A stretch of DNA of 64,000 nt from Bacteroidia bacterium. GTDB lineage: Bacteria > Bacteroidota > Bacteroidia > AKYH767-A > OLB10. Below the pieces are notes generated by a model, which saw only the letters and a program-made list of their open reading frames with translations, had not been told where the DNA came from and did no database searches. Each line of letters begins with the position of its first letter. The first letter of the stretch is position 1. The position numbers and the translations under genes are program-made. The stretch covers positions 2,522 through 66,521 of the forward strand of contig JAEUTH010000004.1 in the NCBI GenBank assembly GCA_016788165.1, given 5' to 3'. Shown piece after piece: positions 1 to 9,581 of this stretch.

Positions 1-339
1 GATGGCATCTACCTGATTTTTCATTAAGGCAATAAGTGGCGACACAATAATGGCCGTACCTTCGCTTATTAATGCAGGCAATTGATAGCACATACTTTTC
101 CCCCCACCGGTGGGCATAATTACAAAGGTATCGTTACCTGCCATAAGGTTTCGGATAACAGGTTCCTGTGCACCTTTAAATTTATCGAAACCAAAATATT
201 TGTGTAATGCAACCAATAGTTCATTACTCTCATCAATCATTACATCGTCATCGTCAATCATCGCTTTTGCCTTGGCCTTAGGGGCCGACACCGACACTTT
301 TTTGGCAGTTGATTTTACACTTGCCGCTTTCTTTGCCAT
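1..339 (-). CDS. recQ: ATP-dependent DNA helicase RecQ, N-terminal 113 codons (gene continues beyond window start)
   Basis: Reverse translation gives MAKKAASVKS...FGFDKFKGAQEPVIRNLMAGNDTFVIMPTGGGKSMCYQLPALISEGTAIIVSPLIALMKNQVDAI. The helicase motifs I/Ia (PTGGGKS, SPLIALMKNQVD) are diagnostic of RecQ. The start ATG is the complement of 337-339. The six-frame + ORF 110..346 is antisense noise. Confidence 0.85.
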   Translation of the reverse strand, partial: MAKKAASVKSTAKKVSVSAPKAKAKAMIDDDDVMIDESNELLVALHKYFGFDKFKGAQEPVIRNLMAGNDTFVIMPTGGGKSMCYQLPALISEGTAIIVSPLIALMKNQVDAI

Positions 340-443
340 TACTTAGTTCAATTAAAATTAAAATTACTTTTGTCGCTTCATCTTTTAGGGGTCGCGAAAG
401 TAGCGGAATCCGAAAAAATTGCAAGACTAAATTTAGCAACAAA

Positions 444-1409
444 TTGGCATCACACAAAAATATATTGGCACAGGCTCAAAAAACATTTGATATTGAAGCT
501 TCGGCCATTTTAAATCTTAAAAAATCATTAAATGCATCATTTGCTGCTTGCGTAAATCTGATAGCTGATTTAAAAGGCCGCGTTATTGTTACGGGCATTG
601 GTAAAAGCGCATTAATAGGACAGAAAATTGTTGCCACCTTTAATTCGACCGGTACAGCAGCAGTATTTATGCATGCAGCCGATGCCATACATGGCGATTT
701 GGGTATTATACAAGATGGTGATGTAGTTATTTGCATTTCAAATTCGGGTAATACACCTGAAATTAAGGTACTGGCACCTTTGTTAATAGCCGGTGGTAAT
801 ACTTTGATTGCATTTACGGGAAATAAAGATTCGGCACTGGCACAGCATGCACATTATACCTTAAACACTTCGGTTGAAAAAGAAGCATGTCCGCTTAATT
901 TGGCGCCAACCAGCAGCACAACAGCGCAATTGGTAATGGGCGATGCATTAGCGGTTTGCGTGTTGGAGTTAAGGGGGTTTTCGAAAAAAGATTTTGCCCG
1001 TTATCATCCGGGTGGTGCTTTGGGCAAACGCTTGTATTTAAAAGTAGGTGATATGTGCCGCGATAATGCCAAGCCGCAAGTTTTATTTAGCGACACAATT
1101 AATGATGTTATAATTCAGATTACAGGAGGCCGTTTAGGCGCAACTGCAGTAATGAAAAACAACAAGTTGGTGGGCATAATTACCGATGGAGATTTGCGCA
1201 GGATGTTGCAAAGCGGCAAAGGAACTGCACAGTTAAATGCAGCGGCCATAATGAATAAAAAACCCAAATGTGTTGATGCATCTTTATTAGCGGCACAAGC
1301 GTTTGAAATAATGAAACAAAACAACATCAGCCAATTGGTAGTGCTTGAAAATAAAAAATATGCAGGCATGGTACACATGCACGATTTTATGCGCGAAGGC
1401 ATTGTGTAA
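444..1409 (+). CDS. kdsD: arabinose-5-phosphate isomerase (KdsD/KpsF family; SIS domain plus tandem CBS domains)
   Basis: SIS motif GRVIVTGIGKSALIGQKIVATFNSTGT...HGDLG. Tandem CBS domains at the C-terminus. The ORF is open from 309, but that would overlap recQ. The length (321 aa) matches KdsD if translation begins at the in-frame TTG at 444. The exact start is uncertain. Confidence 0.8.
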   Translation: MASHKNILAQAQKTFDIEASAILNLKKSLNASFAACVNLIADLKGRVIVTGIGKSALIGQKIVATFNSTGTAAVFMHAADAIHGDLGIIQDGDVVICISNSGNTPEIKVLAPLLIAGGNTLIAFTGNKDSALAQHAHYTLNTSVEKEACPLNLAPTSSTTAQLVMGDALAVCVLELRGFSKKDFARYHPGGALGKRLYLKVGDMCRDNAKPQVLFSDTINDVIIQITGGRLGATAVMKNNKLVGIITDGDLRRMLQSGKGTAQLNAAAIMNKKPKCVDASLLAAQAFEIMKQNNISQLVVLENKKYAGMVHMHDFMREGIV

Positions 1410-1430
1410 CCCTTTTATTTATAACCTCTT

Positions 1431-2267
1431 ATGTTTTTTAATTTGTTTAGAAAAAACCCGGTTGCCGCTTCTGATGACATGACCTTTTTACAGCATCTGG
1501 AAGCATTGCGTTGGCATTTAATGCGCGCTTCAATTGTGGTTATTCTAATTTCAATTGCCGCATTTTTTCAAAAGGAATGGTTGTTCGACACGGTTTTATT
1601 TGGCCCTAAGAAAGCCGATTTTCCTACCTATAAATTTATGTGCTGGCTTGCCGAAAAACTATCCATTGATGATTTATGTATTTCGGAGATAAGCTTTAAG
1701 TTGCAATCAACAGAAATGTCGCAACAATTTACCTTGCACATGTGGGTGGCATTTTATGCCGGCCTGGTTATGTCGTTTCCGTATGTGTTGTGGGAGTTGT
1801 GGCGTTTTATAAAACCTGCTTTAAGTGTAAAGGAAAAACAATATACCACCGGTGTGGTGTTTGTATCGAGCCTGTTGTTTTTTTTAGGTGTTTTATTTGG
1901 TTACTATGTAATAGCACCTCTGTCTATTAATTTTTTGGGTAGTTATAGTGTGAGTACCGAAGTACAAAACATTTTTACCATTGATTCATTCATCTCCATA
2001 ATTACCATGCTTACGCTTGCAACCGGTGTCGTATTTCAATTACCCATTTTGGTTTTTTTTCTGGCAAAGATTGGATTGTTAACCCCCGGTTTTATGCGGG
2101 CTTACCGCAAGCATGCCTTAGTTGTAATTTTGATAATTGCAGCCGTAATTACACCATCGCCCGATGTTACATCGCAAATATTGGTTGCCTTGCCATTATA
2201 TGCATTGTATGAAATTTCGATTGGCATAGCCGCTTTGGTGGTATCGCGCAGCAATGCAAAAAAGTAA
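1431..2267 (+). CDS. tatC: twin-arginine translocase subunit TatC
   Basis: TatC signature FLQHLEALRWHLMRA and a 6-TM profile across 278 aa. Confidence 0.85.
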   Translation: MFFNLFRKNPVAASDDMTFLQHLEALRWHLMRASIVVILISIAAFFQKEWLFDTVLFGPKKADFPTYKFMCWLAEKLSIDDLCISEISFKLQSTEMSQQFTLHMWVAFYAGLVMSFPYVLWELWRFIKPALSVKEKQYTTGVVFVSSLLFFLGVLFGYYVIAPLSINFLGSYSVSTEVQNIFTIDSFISIITMLTLATGVVFQLPILVFFLAKIGLLTPGFMRAYRKHALVVILIIAAVITPSPDVTSQILVALPLYALYEISIGIAALVVSRSNAKK

Positions 2268-2327
2268 CTGTTACTATAAATGCACCTTACTTTGTTGAAG
2301 CTTTTTTCAGCAACAGCCAACTTTTAA

Positions 2328-4448
2328 TCAGGATATTTTACCCCAATTGCCTTTTTGTGCAGCTAGGTTATTCAATGTATTTCTTACTACTTTATTTTCG
2401 GGCTGGGTAAGCGTGGCATCCGTTTCGAGCAGGTTTATTGCTGCCTGCCTTGCCTGTTCTAATATGGCTTTATCTTTAGGCAAATCGGCTAAACGCAAAC
2501 TCATGTTACCACTTTGTTGTGTGCCTTGTATATCGCCCATACCGCGCAATTTTAAGTCAACTTCGCTTATAACAAAACCATCGTTGGTATTGCACATAGT
2601 TTGCAAACGTTGACGGGCATCAACACTCAACTTATAATCGGCCATTAAAATGCAATACGATTGATACGCCCCGCGCCCTACTCTGCCCCGTAGCTGATGC
2701 AATTGCGATAAACCAAAGCGCTGCGCACTTTCAATAACCATTATGGATGCATTAGGAACATTAACACCTACTTCGATAACGGTTGTTGCAACCATAATTT
2801 GCGTTTTGCCGCTTACAAAAAGTTGCATTTCAAAATCTTTATCAGCCGGCTTCATTTTACCATGTACAATTGAAACTTTGTATTCGGGTTGCTGAAAATA
2901 TTGCACCACAGCTTCGTAGCCTTGCATAAGATTCATGTAATCCATTTTCTCGCTTTCATCAATCAATGGATATACTATATACACTTGGCGGCCCTTTTTA
3001 ATTTCTTCTTTTAAAAATCCGAAAACGCGCAAACGGTTATTCTCAAACCTTAAATGCGTAACTATTGGCTGACGCCCGGGTGGCAATTCATCAATAATAC
3101 TTACATCTAAATCGCCATACAGTGTCATGGCTAAGGTGCGTGGTATGGGTGTTGCTGTCATAACCAAAACGTGCGGCAACACCGTTTTGCTTTTGCTCCA
3201 AAGTTTATAGCGCTGTTGCACACCAAAACGATGTTGCTCATCAATTACAGCTAAACCCAAATCGGCAAAAACAACCTGATCTTCAATTAATGCATGTGTA
3301 CCAATTATTAAGTTTAAATCATTGTTTTCCAATGCTTCTAAAATGTGTTTACGCTCTTTGCTTTTGGTACTACCTGTGAGCAATGCAATAGAAACAGGCA
3401 TGTTTCTTAATAAAGCCGTAATACTTGTATAATGTTGTTGTGCTAAAATTTCGGTAGGCGCCATAATGCAAGCCTGCATGCCATTATCGATGCATAACAA
3501 CATACACATAAGTGCTACTATGGTTTTACCACTGCCTACATCGCCTTGCAAAAGCCTGTTCATTTGATGGCCTGTTAATGTATTTTGTCTGATTTCTTTT
3601 AGTACACGTTTTTGTGCCTGGGTTAAATCGAACGGCAGATGTTGTTTATAAAAAGTATTAAACAAATCGCCCACTTTCGAAAACACCCTTCCTCTGCTTT
3701 TATGTGTACGCACTAACTTTTGTTGCAGCAGTTGTATTTGCAAGTAAAACAACTCATCAAATTTTAAACGGTAACGCGCTGTTATTAACGATCTTTCATC
3801 ATCAGGAAAATGTATTTGAATTAATGCCTGCCGTAGCGAAATTAACTTTGTTTGATTTATTATTGTTGTAGGCAAACACTCGTCAAGTTCGGGTGGTAGT
3901 TGGGCAATTAAATTTTTTTGCATGCGCCAAAATGCTTTACTGTCTAATCCACGTCCTTTGCTTTTTTCTGTTGTTGGATACATGCTTTGCATGTTGCCAC
4001 TTAAGGTTTCATTAAAAGTGGCCAGCAATTCTACATCGGGATGCACCAAATTAATTTTGCCATTAAAGGCAGTTGGTTTTCCAAACACCACGTAATCAGA
4101 ACCGGCTTTTAATGTTTCGCGCAGGTATTTTATTTGTTGAAACCACACCAAATCAATGCTGCCTGTATCGTCACTTAATGTTGCAATTAATCGTGTAGCA
4201 CGTTTGTCGCCTGCAGTTGATATGGTTTTGATTTTACCTCGTAATTGTACAAAAGGAGCTTCTTCGGTAAGTTCGTTAATTTTATAGAATCTGCTCCGAT
4301 CAACCCACCGGTAAGGGAAATGCAGAATTAAATCGCCATAAGTTTTAATGCCATATTCGGACTGTAACAACTCAGCACGTTGTGGCCCGGCACCTTTAAG
4401 GTACTTTACATCCTGATTAAAAAAAACTGATGCGGGCAGGTAACTCAT
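2328..4448 (-). CDS. recG: ATP-dependent DNA helicase RecG
   Basis: 706 aa with an N-terminal wedge/OB region. Helicase motifs GDVGSGKT, DEQHRFGV and TATPIPRTL, plus the C-terminal HQLRGRVGRG motif. Confidence 0.9.
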   Translation of the reverse strand: MSYLPASVFFNQDVKYLKGAGPQRAELLQSEYGIKTYGDLILHFPYRWVDRSRFYKINELTEEAPFVQLRGKIKTISTAGDKRATRLIATLSDDTGSIDLVWFQQIKYLRETLKAGSDYVVFGKPTAFNGKINLVHPDVELLATFNETLSGNMQSMYPTTEKSKGRGLDSKAFWRMQKNLIAQLPPELDECLPTTIINQTKLISLRQALIQIHFPDDERSLITARYRLKFDELFYLQIQLLQQKLVRTHKSRGRVFSKVGDLFNTFYKQHLPFDLTQAQKRVLKEIRQNTLTGHQMNRLLQGDVGSGKTIVALMCMLLCIDNGMQACIMAPTEILAQQHYTSITALLRNMPVSIALLTGSTKSKERKHILEALENNDLNLIIGTHALIEDQVVFADLGLAVIDEQHRFGVQQRYKLWSKSKTVLPHVLVMTATPIPRTLAMTLYGDLDVSIIDELPPGRQPIVTHLRFENNRLRVFGFLKEEIKKGRQVYIVYPLIDESEKMDYMNLMQGYEAVVQYFQQPEYKVSIVHGKMKPADKDFEMQLFVSGKTQIMVATTVIEVGVNVPNASIMVIESAQRFGLSQLHQLRGRVGRGAYQSYCILMADYKLSVDARQRLQTMCNTNDGFVISEVDLKLRGMGDIQGTQQSGNMSLRLADLPKDKAILEQARQAAINLLETDATLTQPENKVVRNTLNNLAAQKGNWGKIS

Positions 4449-4491
4449 TTCGCAAATAAAATGATATCATAATTATGATTAAACATAATTG

Positions 4492-5850
4492 CTACTGCAA
4501 CTCGGCATTTTTTTTGGCTGCTTCGTAATTGGGTGGATTTAATAATTTATCATATCCCACAGGCGCACTAAAATGTAAAAACAATTGTTTGTATGCTTTT
4601 GCAGTCATGCTGTCGTAGTGTAAAACATTACGTTTATATTGATAGGTGGTATATAAATTCCAAACGGTTAATACCATTAACAGCAGGAGTAAAAATTTGC
4701 GATTAACTTGTAAAGCCTGCTGTAAAATACAAGCTAACGGCAAAGCAAGTAAGGGATAAAAATCAATGAGTGGCCGCATACCATAACTGCCGCCATACCA
4801 CCAACACCACCAACATGCAGTAATGTAAAGCGCTAAAAAAAACACAACCGTTACCGGCACAAATAAGTTATTAAGCCTCCGCGGCATTAATGTCAAACCC
4901 ATAACAGCTAAAAACATTACAGGAGTATAAATAAACCAGCCTTTGCGAAAGCTGAACAGGATTTGGTAAAGTTTAGGGCTTAGCCAAAAAAACCCTTCAT
5001 CGGTATAGGAATAATAAATCCATTTACCCGTTTGCTGATGCCAATATAAAACCTGTGGCAACACAATAAGCATACAACAAACTACTAATGTTATCCAATG
5101 CCGCTGCTGCAAAACCAGGTGTTTTATTTTTTGAGCGAAACTTTTTAAATCGGTTACGTTATATAATAGTGGAAACAAAATCCATATTAAATTAGTGGGC
5201 CTGATTAATGCAAGTATGGCAATAGTAAATCCAATAGCAACCATATACTTATACAAGGGCCTGCGGTGCCATTGTATGGTGTAATAAATTAAAGCGCATG
5301 CCAGGCAAAAATTAAGCATGTGTACACTGCCGCCTTCAACTGTAACATAACAAGTAACATTGGTTGTTAATGCAACAATTAAAAGTGTAAGTGCCGTAAC
5401 GCTTTCATCAAAAAATGATAACAAAACCATACGTAAAATACACAAGGCCATTACAGCATAAAGCAATGTAAATAAAGCGATGGCAAGATGATACGGTGTT
5501 TCAAAGCCGGTTCGGTTGGGTTGCACTACTTTCATATAGGTATCGGCAACAATGAATGCGGGCAAATACATAATGGCCCATCCCATAGTCATTTTAAATA
5601 CCGGTTTATTAGTATGCGATTTATGATGCCAATAAGCGTTGGCAGGTACTATAAAATTTGTGTCGGATAAAAATTGCAACCCCAAATCATGCTGAATAAA
5701 AAAAGCCGGCAAATAGGAATAGTAACTTACAGCATCGCTTACAATAACATTTTGCTTTTTATAATAGCCTAAATTTAAAATAATGCACAGCCAAATTATA
5801 GCTACGGCAAAAACCGATACAAACGATTTGCTTTTAAATTTACCTATCAT
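4492..5850 (-). CDS. polytopic integral membrane protein, possible GT-C-fold glycosyltransferase (ArnT/PMT-like); function unknown
   Basis: 452 aa with about 10 or more predicted TM helices and basic/aromatic loops. No soluble catalytic domain was recognised. Weakly similar in topology to the membrane protein at 47273..48733. Confidence 0.4.
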   Translation of the reverse strand: MIGKFKSKSFVSVFAVAIIWLCIILNLGYYKKQNVIVSDAVSYYSYLPAFFIQHDLGLQFLSDTNFIVPANAYWHHKSHTNKPVFKMTMGWAIMYLPAFIVADTYMKVVQPNRTGFETPYHLAIALFTLLYAVMALCILRMVLLSFFDESVTALTLLIVALTTNVTCYVTVEGGSVHMLNFCLACALIYYTIQWHRRPLYKYMVAIGFTIAILALIRPTNLIWILFPLLYNVTDLKSFAQKIKHLVLQQRHWITLVVCCMLIVLPQVLYWHQQTGKWIYYSYTDEGFFWLSPKLYQILFSFRKGWFIYTPVMFLAVMGLTLMPRRLNNLFVPVTVVFFLALYITACWWCWWYGGSYGMRPLIDFYPLLALPLACILQQALQVNRKFLLLLLMVLTVWNLYTTYQYKRNVLHYDSMTAKAYKQLFLHFSAPVGYDKLLNPPNYEAAKKNAELQ

Positions 5851-5881
5851 TTATTGAAAACTAAAACCAGGCATAATGATA

Positions 5882-8002
5882 TTAACTAAGCCATTGATAA
5901 GCAATAAAACTACTACCGTAAGCCAGCAAACCCATGTAAACAAATTGCAAAACGGGCAGCAGCCAACTGCCGGTTTCACGCTTAACAATGGCTAATGTGC
6001 TCATACACTGCATGGCAAATACATAAAACAACATGAGCGAAACACCTACAGCCATATTATAAAAAGGTTGTTGTGTATGCCGGTTTTTTTCGGCTTGCAT
6101 TTTTGCTTTTACACTCAGCATATTATCGGTACCAACGCTGTAAATAGTTGACATGGTACCAACAAAAACTTCGCGTGCGGCAAACGATGTAATTAATGCA
6201 ATACCAATTTTCCAATCGAAACCTAAAGGTGCAATAAGTGGTTCTAACTTTTTGCCCATAATGCCTGCATAAGAATGTTCGAGTTTATGCGCATGCATTG
6301 TATTGGTAACAGCGGCTGTATCGGCTTGTGGTTGTGCCAATTGCAATGCAAATTGCTTATCAATGTTTTCCATTTTTAATGAAGGCCCAAACGATGACAA
6401 AACCCAAAGTATAATTGAAATTGCTATAATTATTTTACCGGCATCAAATACAAACACTTTAACCTTATCCCATACCATATATAGCACATTCGACCATTGT
6501 GGCACACGGTAAACAGGCAACTCCATTATAAAATAACTTGGCTGTTTATCTTTAATAAAAAGCTTAATAACAAGAGCTGATATAACAACAGCAGCAAATC
6601 CGATAAGATACATAACCAAAAGCACCAAACCCTGCAGATTAAAAAAGCCAAACCATTTAACAGGTGGAATTACTAATGCAATTAACAATGCATAAACCGG
6701 CAACCTTGCCGAGCAACTTATCAGAGGCAAAACAAAAATAGTAACCATGCGCTCGCGCCAGTTTTGTATGGTGCGTGTGCCCATTATTGCCGGCACAGCA
6801 CAGGCAACACCTCCAATAAGTGGTATTACACTACGGCCATTTAATCCAATACCGCGCATCAGTTTATCCATTATAAAGCTAACGCGGGCCATATACCCAC
6901 TATCTTCGAGTAAGGCTATAAAAGCAAATAGCAAAGCTATTTGCGGAATAAAAATGAGTATGCCGCCCAGGCCTGCAAGTACACCATCAACCAATAAATT
7001 GTTTAATAAACCTGCCGGCAAATTATCGGCAACCCAAATGCTAAATGCCGAAAACCAATTGTCAAAAAAATCCATTGGATATTGGGCAAGTGTAAAAATG
7101 GTTTGAAACAATATAAACAGCACGAATAAAAAAATAGCATAGCCACCAATTTTATGCGTAAGTATTTTATCAATTTTATAGCTGTAACTCTTTTTATTTT
7201 CTAATGCTTGGTTATGTACAAATGACGGCATATAACTGCTAATAAATTTGTAGCGTTCAAGCGTTTCATTGCCTTGCAGCGATTGTTCGAAGTTATATTG
7301 AAGCAATAAGTCTTTCATAAACCCTGCTTCATTTTCTTCCTTAAAAACAGAAATGTATTTGTAATTGTTTGCTATTAAAAATGAAGCATAATCACTACTC
7401 AATTGGTAGCGTTTGGCTAATGCCTCATTAAGTTCAGGCATAAATAACTGTTGGTTGAAAATTGTTTTGCCGGCCTTGGTTGGGTAATTAGCTAATGCTT
7501 TTTTTAATGCAGGTATGCCATCATTATTTCTTGCATCCATGCAGATAACATCAATACCAAAAACATCTGAAATGGCTTTTGTATCAATTGTTGTTTGTGC
7601 GGCATTTACCAGGTCAATCATATTAATAACCAGCAATACCGGTATGCTTAAATCTACCACCTGAGAACATAAAAACAAGGCACGTTTTAAATTGGTTCCA
7701 TCGGCAACAACTACAGCCACATCGGGATAGTTGCTATGCATTTTATCGCACAGTACCTGAAAAGTTACACGCTCATCCAACGCTTTTGGATACAAGCTGT
7801 AAGTACCCGGCAAATCAGTTAACGCTATTTGCAAAACAGCACCTTCGGTATTTTTTAAAGAAAATGTTCCGGTTTTTTTTTCCACTGTAACGCCCGGAAA
7901 ATTAGCCACCTTTTGATGTAAACCGGTAAGCAAATTAAATATGGTTGATTTGCCGCTGTTCGGATTACCAATTAATGCAACCTTAAGCGTTTTGTTTGAC
8001 AT
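5882..8002 (-). CDS. feoB: ferrous iron transport protein B (FeoB)
   Basis: N-terminal G-protein domain (GNPNSGKSTIFN, DLPGTYSL) followed by a large polytopic membrane domain. 706 aa. Confidence 0.9.
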   Translation of the reverse strand: MSNKTLKVALIGNPNSGKSTIFNLLTGLHQKVANFPGVTVEKKTGTFSLKNTEGAVLQIALTDLPGTYSLYPKALDERVTFQVLCDKMHSNYPDVAVVVADGTNLKRALFLCSQVVDLSIPVLLVINMIDLVNAAQTTIDTKAISDVFGIDVICMDARNNDGIPALKKALANYPTKAGKTIFNQQLFMPELNEALAKRYQLSSDYASFLIANNYKYISVFKEENEAGFMKDLLLQYNFEQSLQGNETLERYKFISSYMPSFVHNQALENKKSYSYKIDKILTHKIGGYAIFLFVLFILFQTIFTLAQYPMDFFDNWFSAFSIWVADNLPAGLLNNLLVDGVLAGLGGILIFIPQIALLFAFIALLEDSGYMARVSFIMDKLMRGIGLNGRSVIPLIGGVACAVPAIMGTRTIQNWRERMVTIFVLPLISCSARLPVYALLIALVIPPVKWFGFFNLQGLVLLVMYLIGFAAVVISALVIKLFIKDKQPSYFIMELPVYRVPQWSNVLYMVWDKVKVFVFDAGKIIIAISIILWVLSSFGPSLKMENIDKQFALQLAQPQADTAAVTNTMHAHKLEHSYAGIMGKKLEPLIAPLGFDWKIGIALITSFAAREVFVGTMSTIYSVGTDNMLSVKAKMQAEKNRHTQQPFYNMAVGVSLMLFYVFAMQCMSTLAIVKRETGSWLLPVLQFVYMGLLAYGSSFIAYQWLS

Positions 8003-8037
8003 AGCACTTTTGAAAAATTATTGTTTAAATTATAAAA

Positions 8038-8277
8038 CTATGTTTCCATTAAAACCAATACGTTATCGGCTTCGCTAAGGCGTAAACTCAAAACATAATT
8101 GGCTACTTTTATTGCAACCGGACATCCCAATGGAGCATGTATTAAAACCTGAACCGGTTCACCGGGTAAACATCCCATTTCGTAAAGCTTTAGTTTAATA
8201 TCGGCATTCATAATTGCATGGATAATGCCTGTTTGCCCCGGCTTAAGTTCAGTTAGCTTTATAATAGCGGATTCCAC
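8038..8277 (-). CDS. feoA: ferrous iron transport protein A (FeoA)
   Basis: 79-aa FeoA SH3-like domain (LKPGQTGIIHAI...GCLPGEPVQVL). GTG start. Lies immediately upstream of feoB. Confidence 0.8.
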   Translation of the reverse strand: MESAIIKLTELKPGQTGIIHAIMNADIKLKLYEMGCLPGEPVQVLIHAPLGCPVAIKVANYVLSLRLSEADNVLVLMET

Positions 8278-8342
8278 CTCTTTAAATGTTTGATTAAACT
8301 ATAATGCTTCAAAAACCGTGGCAAGTGCATTTGTTTAGAACC

Positions 8343-8354
8343 ATTATTAATAAT
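8343..8354. promoter_or_regulatory. candidate Fur-box-like palindrome upstream of feoAB
   Basis: Perfect 12-bp palindrome ATTATTAATAAT, made of two NATWAT hexamers (CATTAT-T-AATAAT). It sits 66-77 nt upstream of the feoA start, in the feoA/ompA-like divergent intergenic region. Confidence 0.35.
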
Positions 8355-8532
8355 GCACGAACGTACATAAATTAGGGTTGGACACAAGGCCTTAGCAAAC
8401 ATTTATCAATGGCCATTACCTCGCTAATACAAACCCATTAATTGGTTTGCACAATTTATTTGTTGATAGTTTATTAATGCGCCTATTTAAAACGCAGAAA
8501 AGCCCAATACATTTATCAAAAAATAAAATACA

Positions 8533-9525
8533 ATGAAATTATTTTGGTTGATAACAGTAGCATTGTTACTAAATGCATGTGTACCTTCAAAGCAATACAA
8601 AGATTTAAAATATCAATACGATAACTGCAAAGCCGATATTGCACGCTTAAGTGCTGATAATCTGGCATACACTACGCGTAATAAAGATTTAGAATTGCAG
8701 TTAGCTGAAGCCAAACAGCAAGTAAATACAGCCGAAAAAACTGTTAGCCAAATGCAGGCCAGTTGCGATTTGCTAAAAGCCGATTATGATAAATTAAATA
8801 CCAGTTATAATAACCTGGTTGAAGATAATAAGCAGGCGCTTAACAGTAAGGATACAGAAACTAAAAAAGCATTAAATAAACTGCAAAGCACACAAGAAGA
8901 ACTGTTTAAACGGCAGGATGAATTACAGCAACTTAATGCAGCCTTAGCCGAGCAGAAAAAAGCTTTAAACAATACCGAACTCGAACTGCAAAAACGCGAA
9001 CAAAAAGTATCAGAGCTTCAGCGATTGTTAGCCGAGAAAGACAGCATAACGCTGGCACTAAAAAATAAAGTAGCACAGGCATTAGGTGGTTTTATAAATA
9101 ATGGCCTAAAGGTAGAACAACGCAACGGAAATGTTTATGTAAGTATGGATGAAAAATTATTGTTTGCAAGTGGCAGTACCGTGGTTGATAAAAATGGCGA
9201 AGTGGCATTAAAAAATTTGGCACAGGTTTTAGCCGAAAACCCTGATATAAATGTGGAAGTTGAAGGCCATACCGATAATGTTCCTATTAGTGGTGGTGCA
9301 ATAAAAGATAATTGGGATTTAAGCGTATTACGCGCTACTTCTGTTACTAAAATTTTGCTAAACAATAAGTTGATAAACCCTAAACGTATAGTGCCAAGCG
9401 GCCGTAGCGAGTATGTTGCAATTGCTAAAAACGACAATGCCGATAACAAAAAGAAAAACCGAAGAATTGAAATTATTTTAAAACCGAATTTAGATGCGCT
9501 AATGGAATTATTGGAGAAAAAGTAA
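8533..9525 (+). CDS. OmpA-family lipoprotein with a long coiled-coil region
   Basis: Lipoprotein signal (LLLNAC). Central heptad-rich coiled coil. C-terminal OmpA/MotB peptidoglycan-binding domain (NTDNVPIS...NRRIEIIL). Confidence 0.8.
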   Translation: MKLFWLITVALLLNACVPSKQYKDLKYQYDNCKADIARLSADNLAYTTRNKDLELQLAEAKQQVNTAEKTVSQMQASCDLLKADYDKLNTSYNNLVEDNKQALNSKDTETKKALNKLQSTQEELFKRQDELQQLNAALAEQKKALNNTELELQKREQKVSELQRLLAEKDSITLALKNKVAQALGGFINNGLKVEQRNGNVYVSMDEKLLFASGSTVVDKNGEVALKNLAQVLAENPDINVEVEGHTDNVPISGGAIKDNWDLSVLRATSVTKILLNNKLINPKRIVPSGRSEYVAIAKNDNADNKKKNRRIEIILKPNLDALMELLEKK

Positions 9526-9581
9526 AACGCCTCCACACCTAATCAGGCGTGCTTTCAAACTACTAAAATATTACTAAGGTA

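Noticed and set aside
110-346. Six-frame + ORF of 78 aa
   Set aside because: It is antisense to the clearly recognisable recQ N-terminus on the - strand (PTGGGKS, SPLIALMKNQVD) and has no motif of its own.
9526-9550. Possible terminator between the OmpA-like gene and the Wzc gene
   Set aside because: Only a 6-bp stem (ACGCCT/AGGCGT) with a 12-nt loop and a poor T-tract. Too weak to call.
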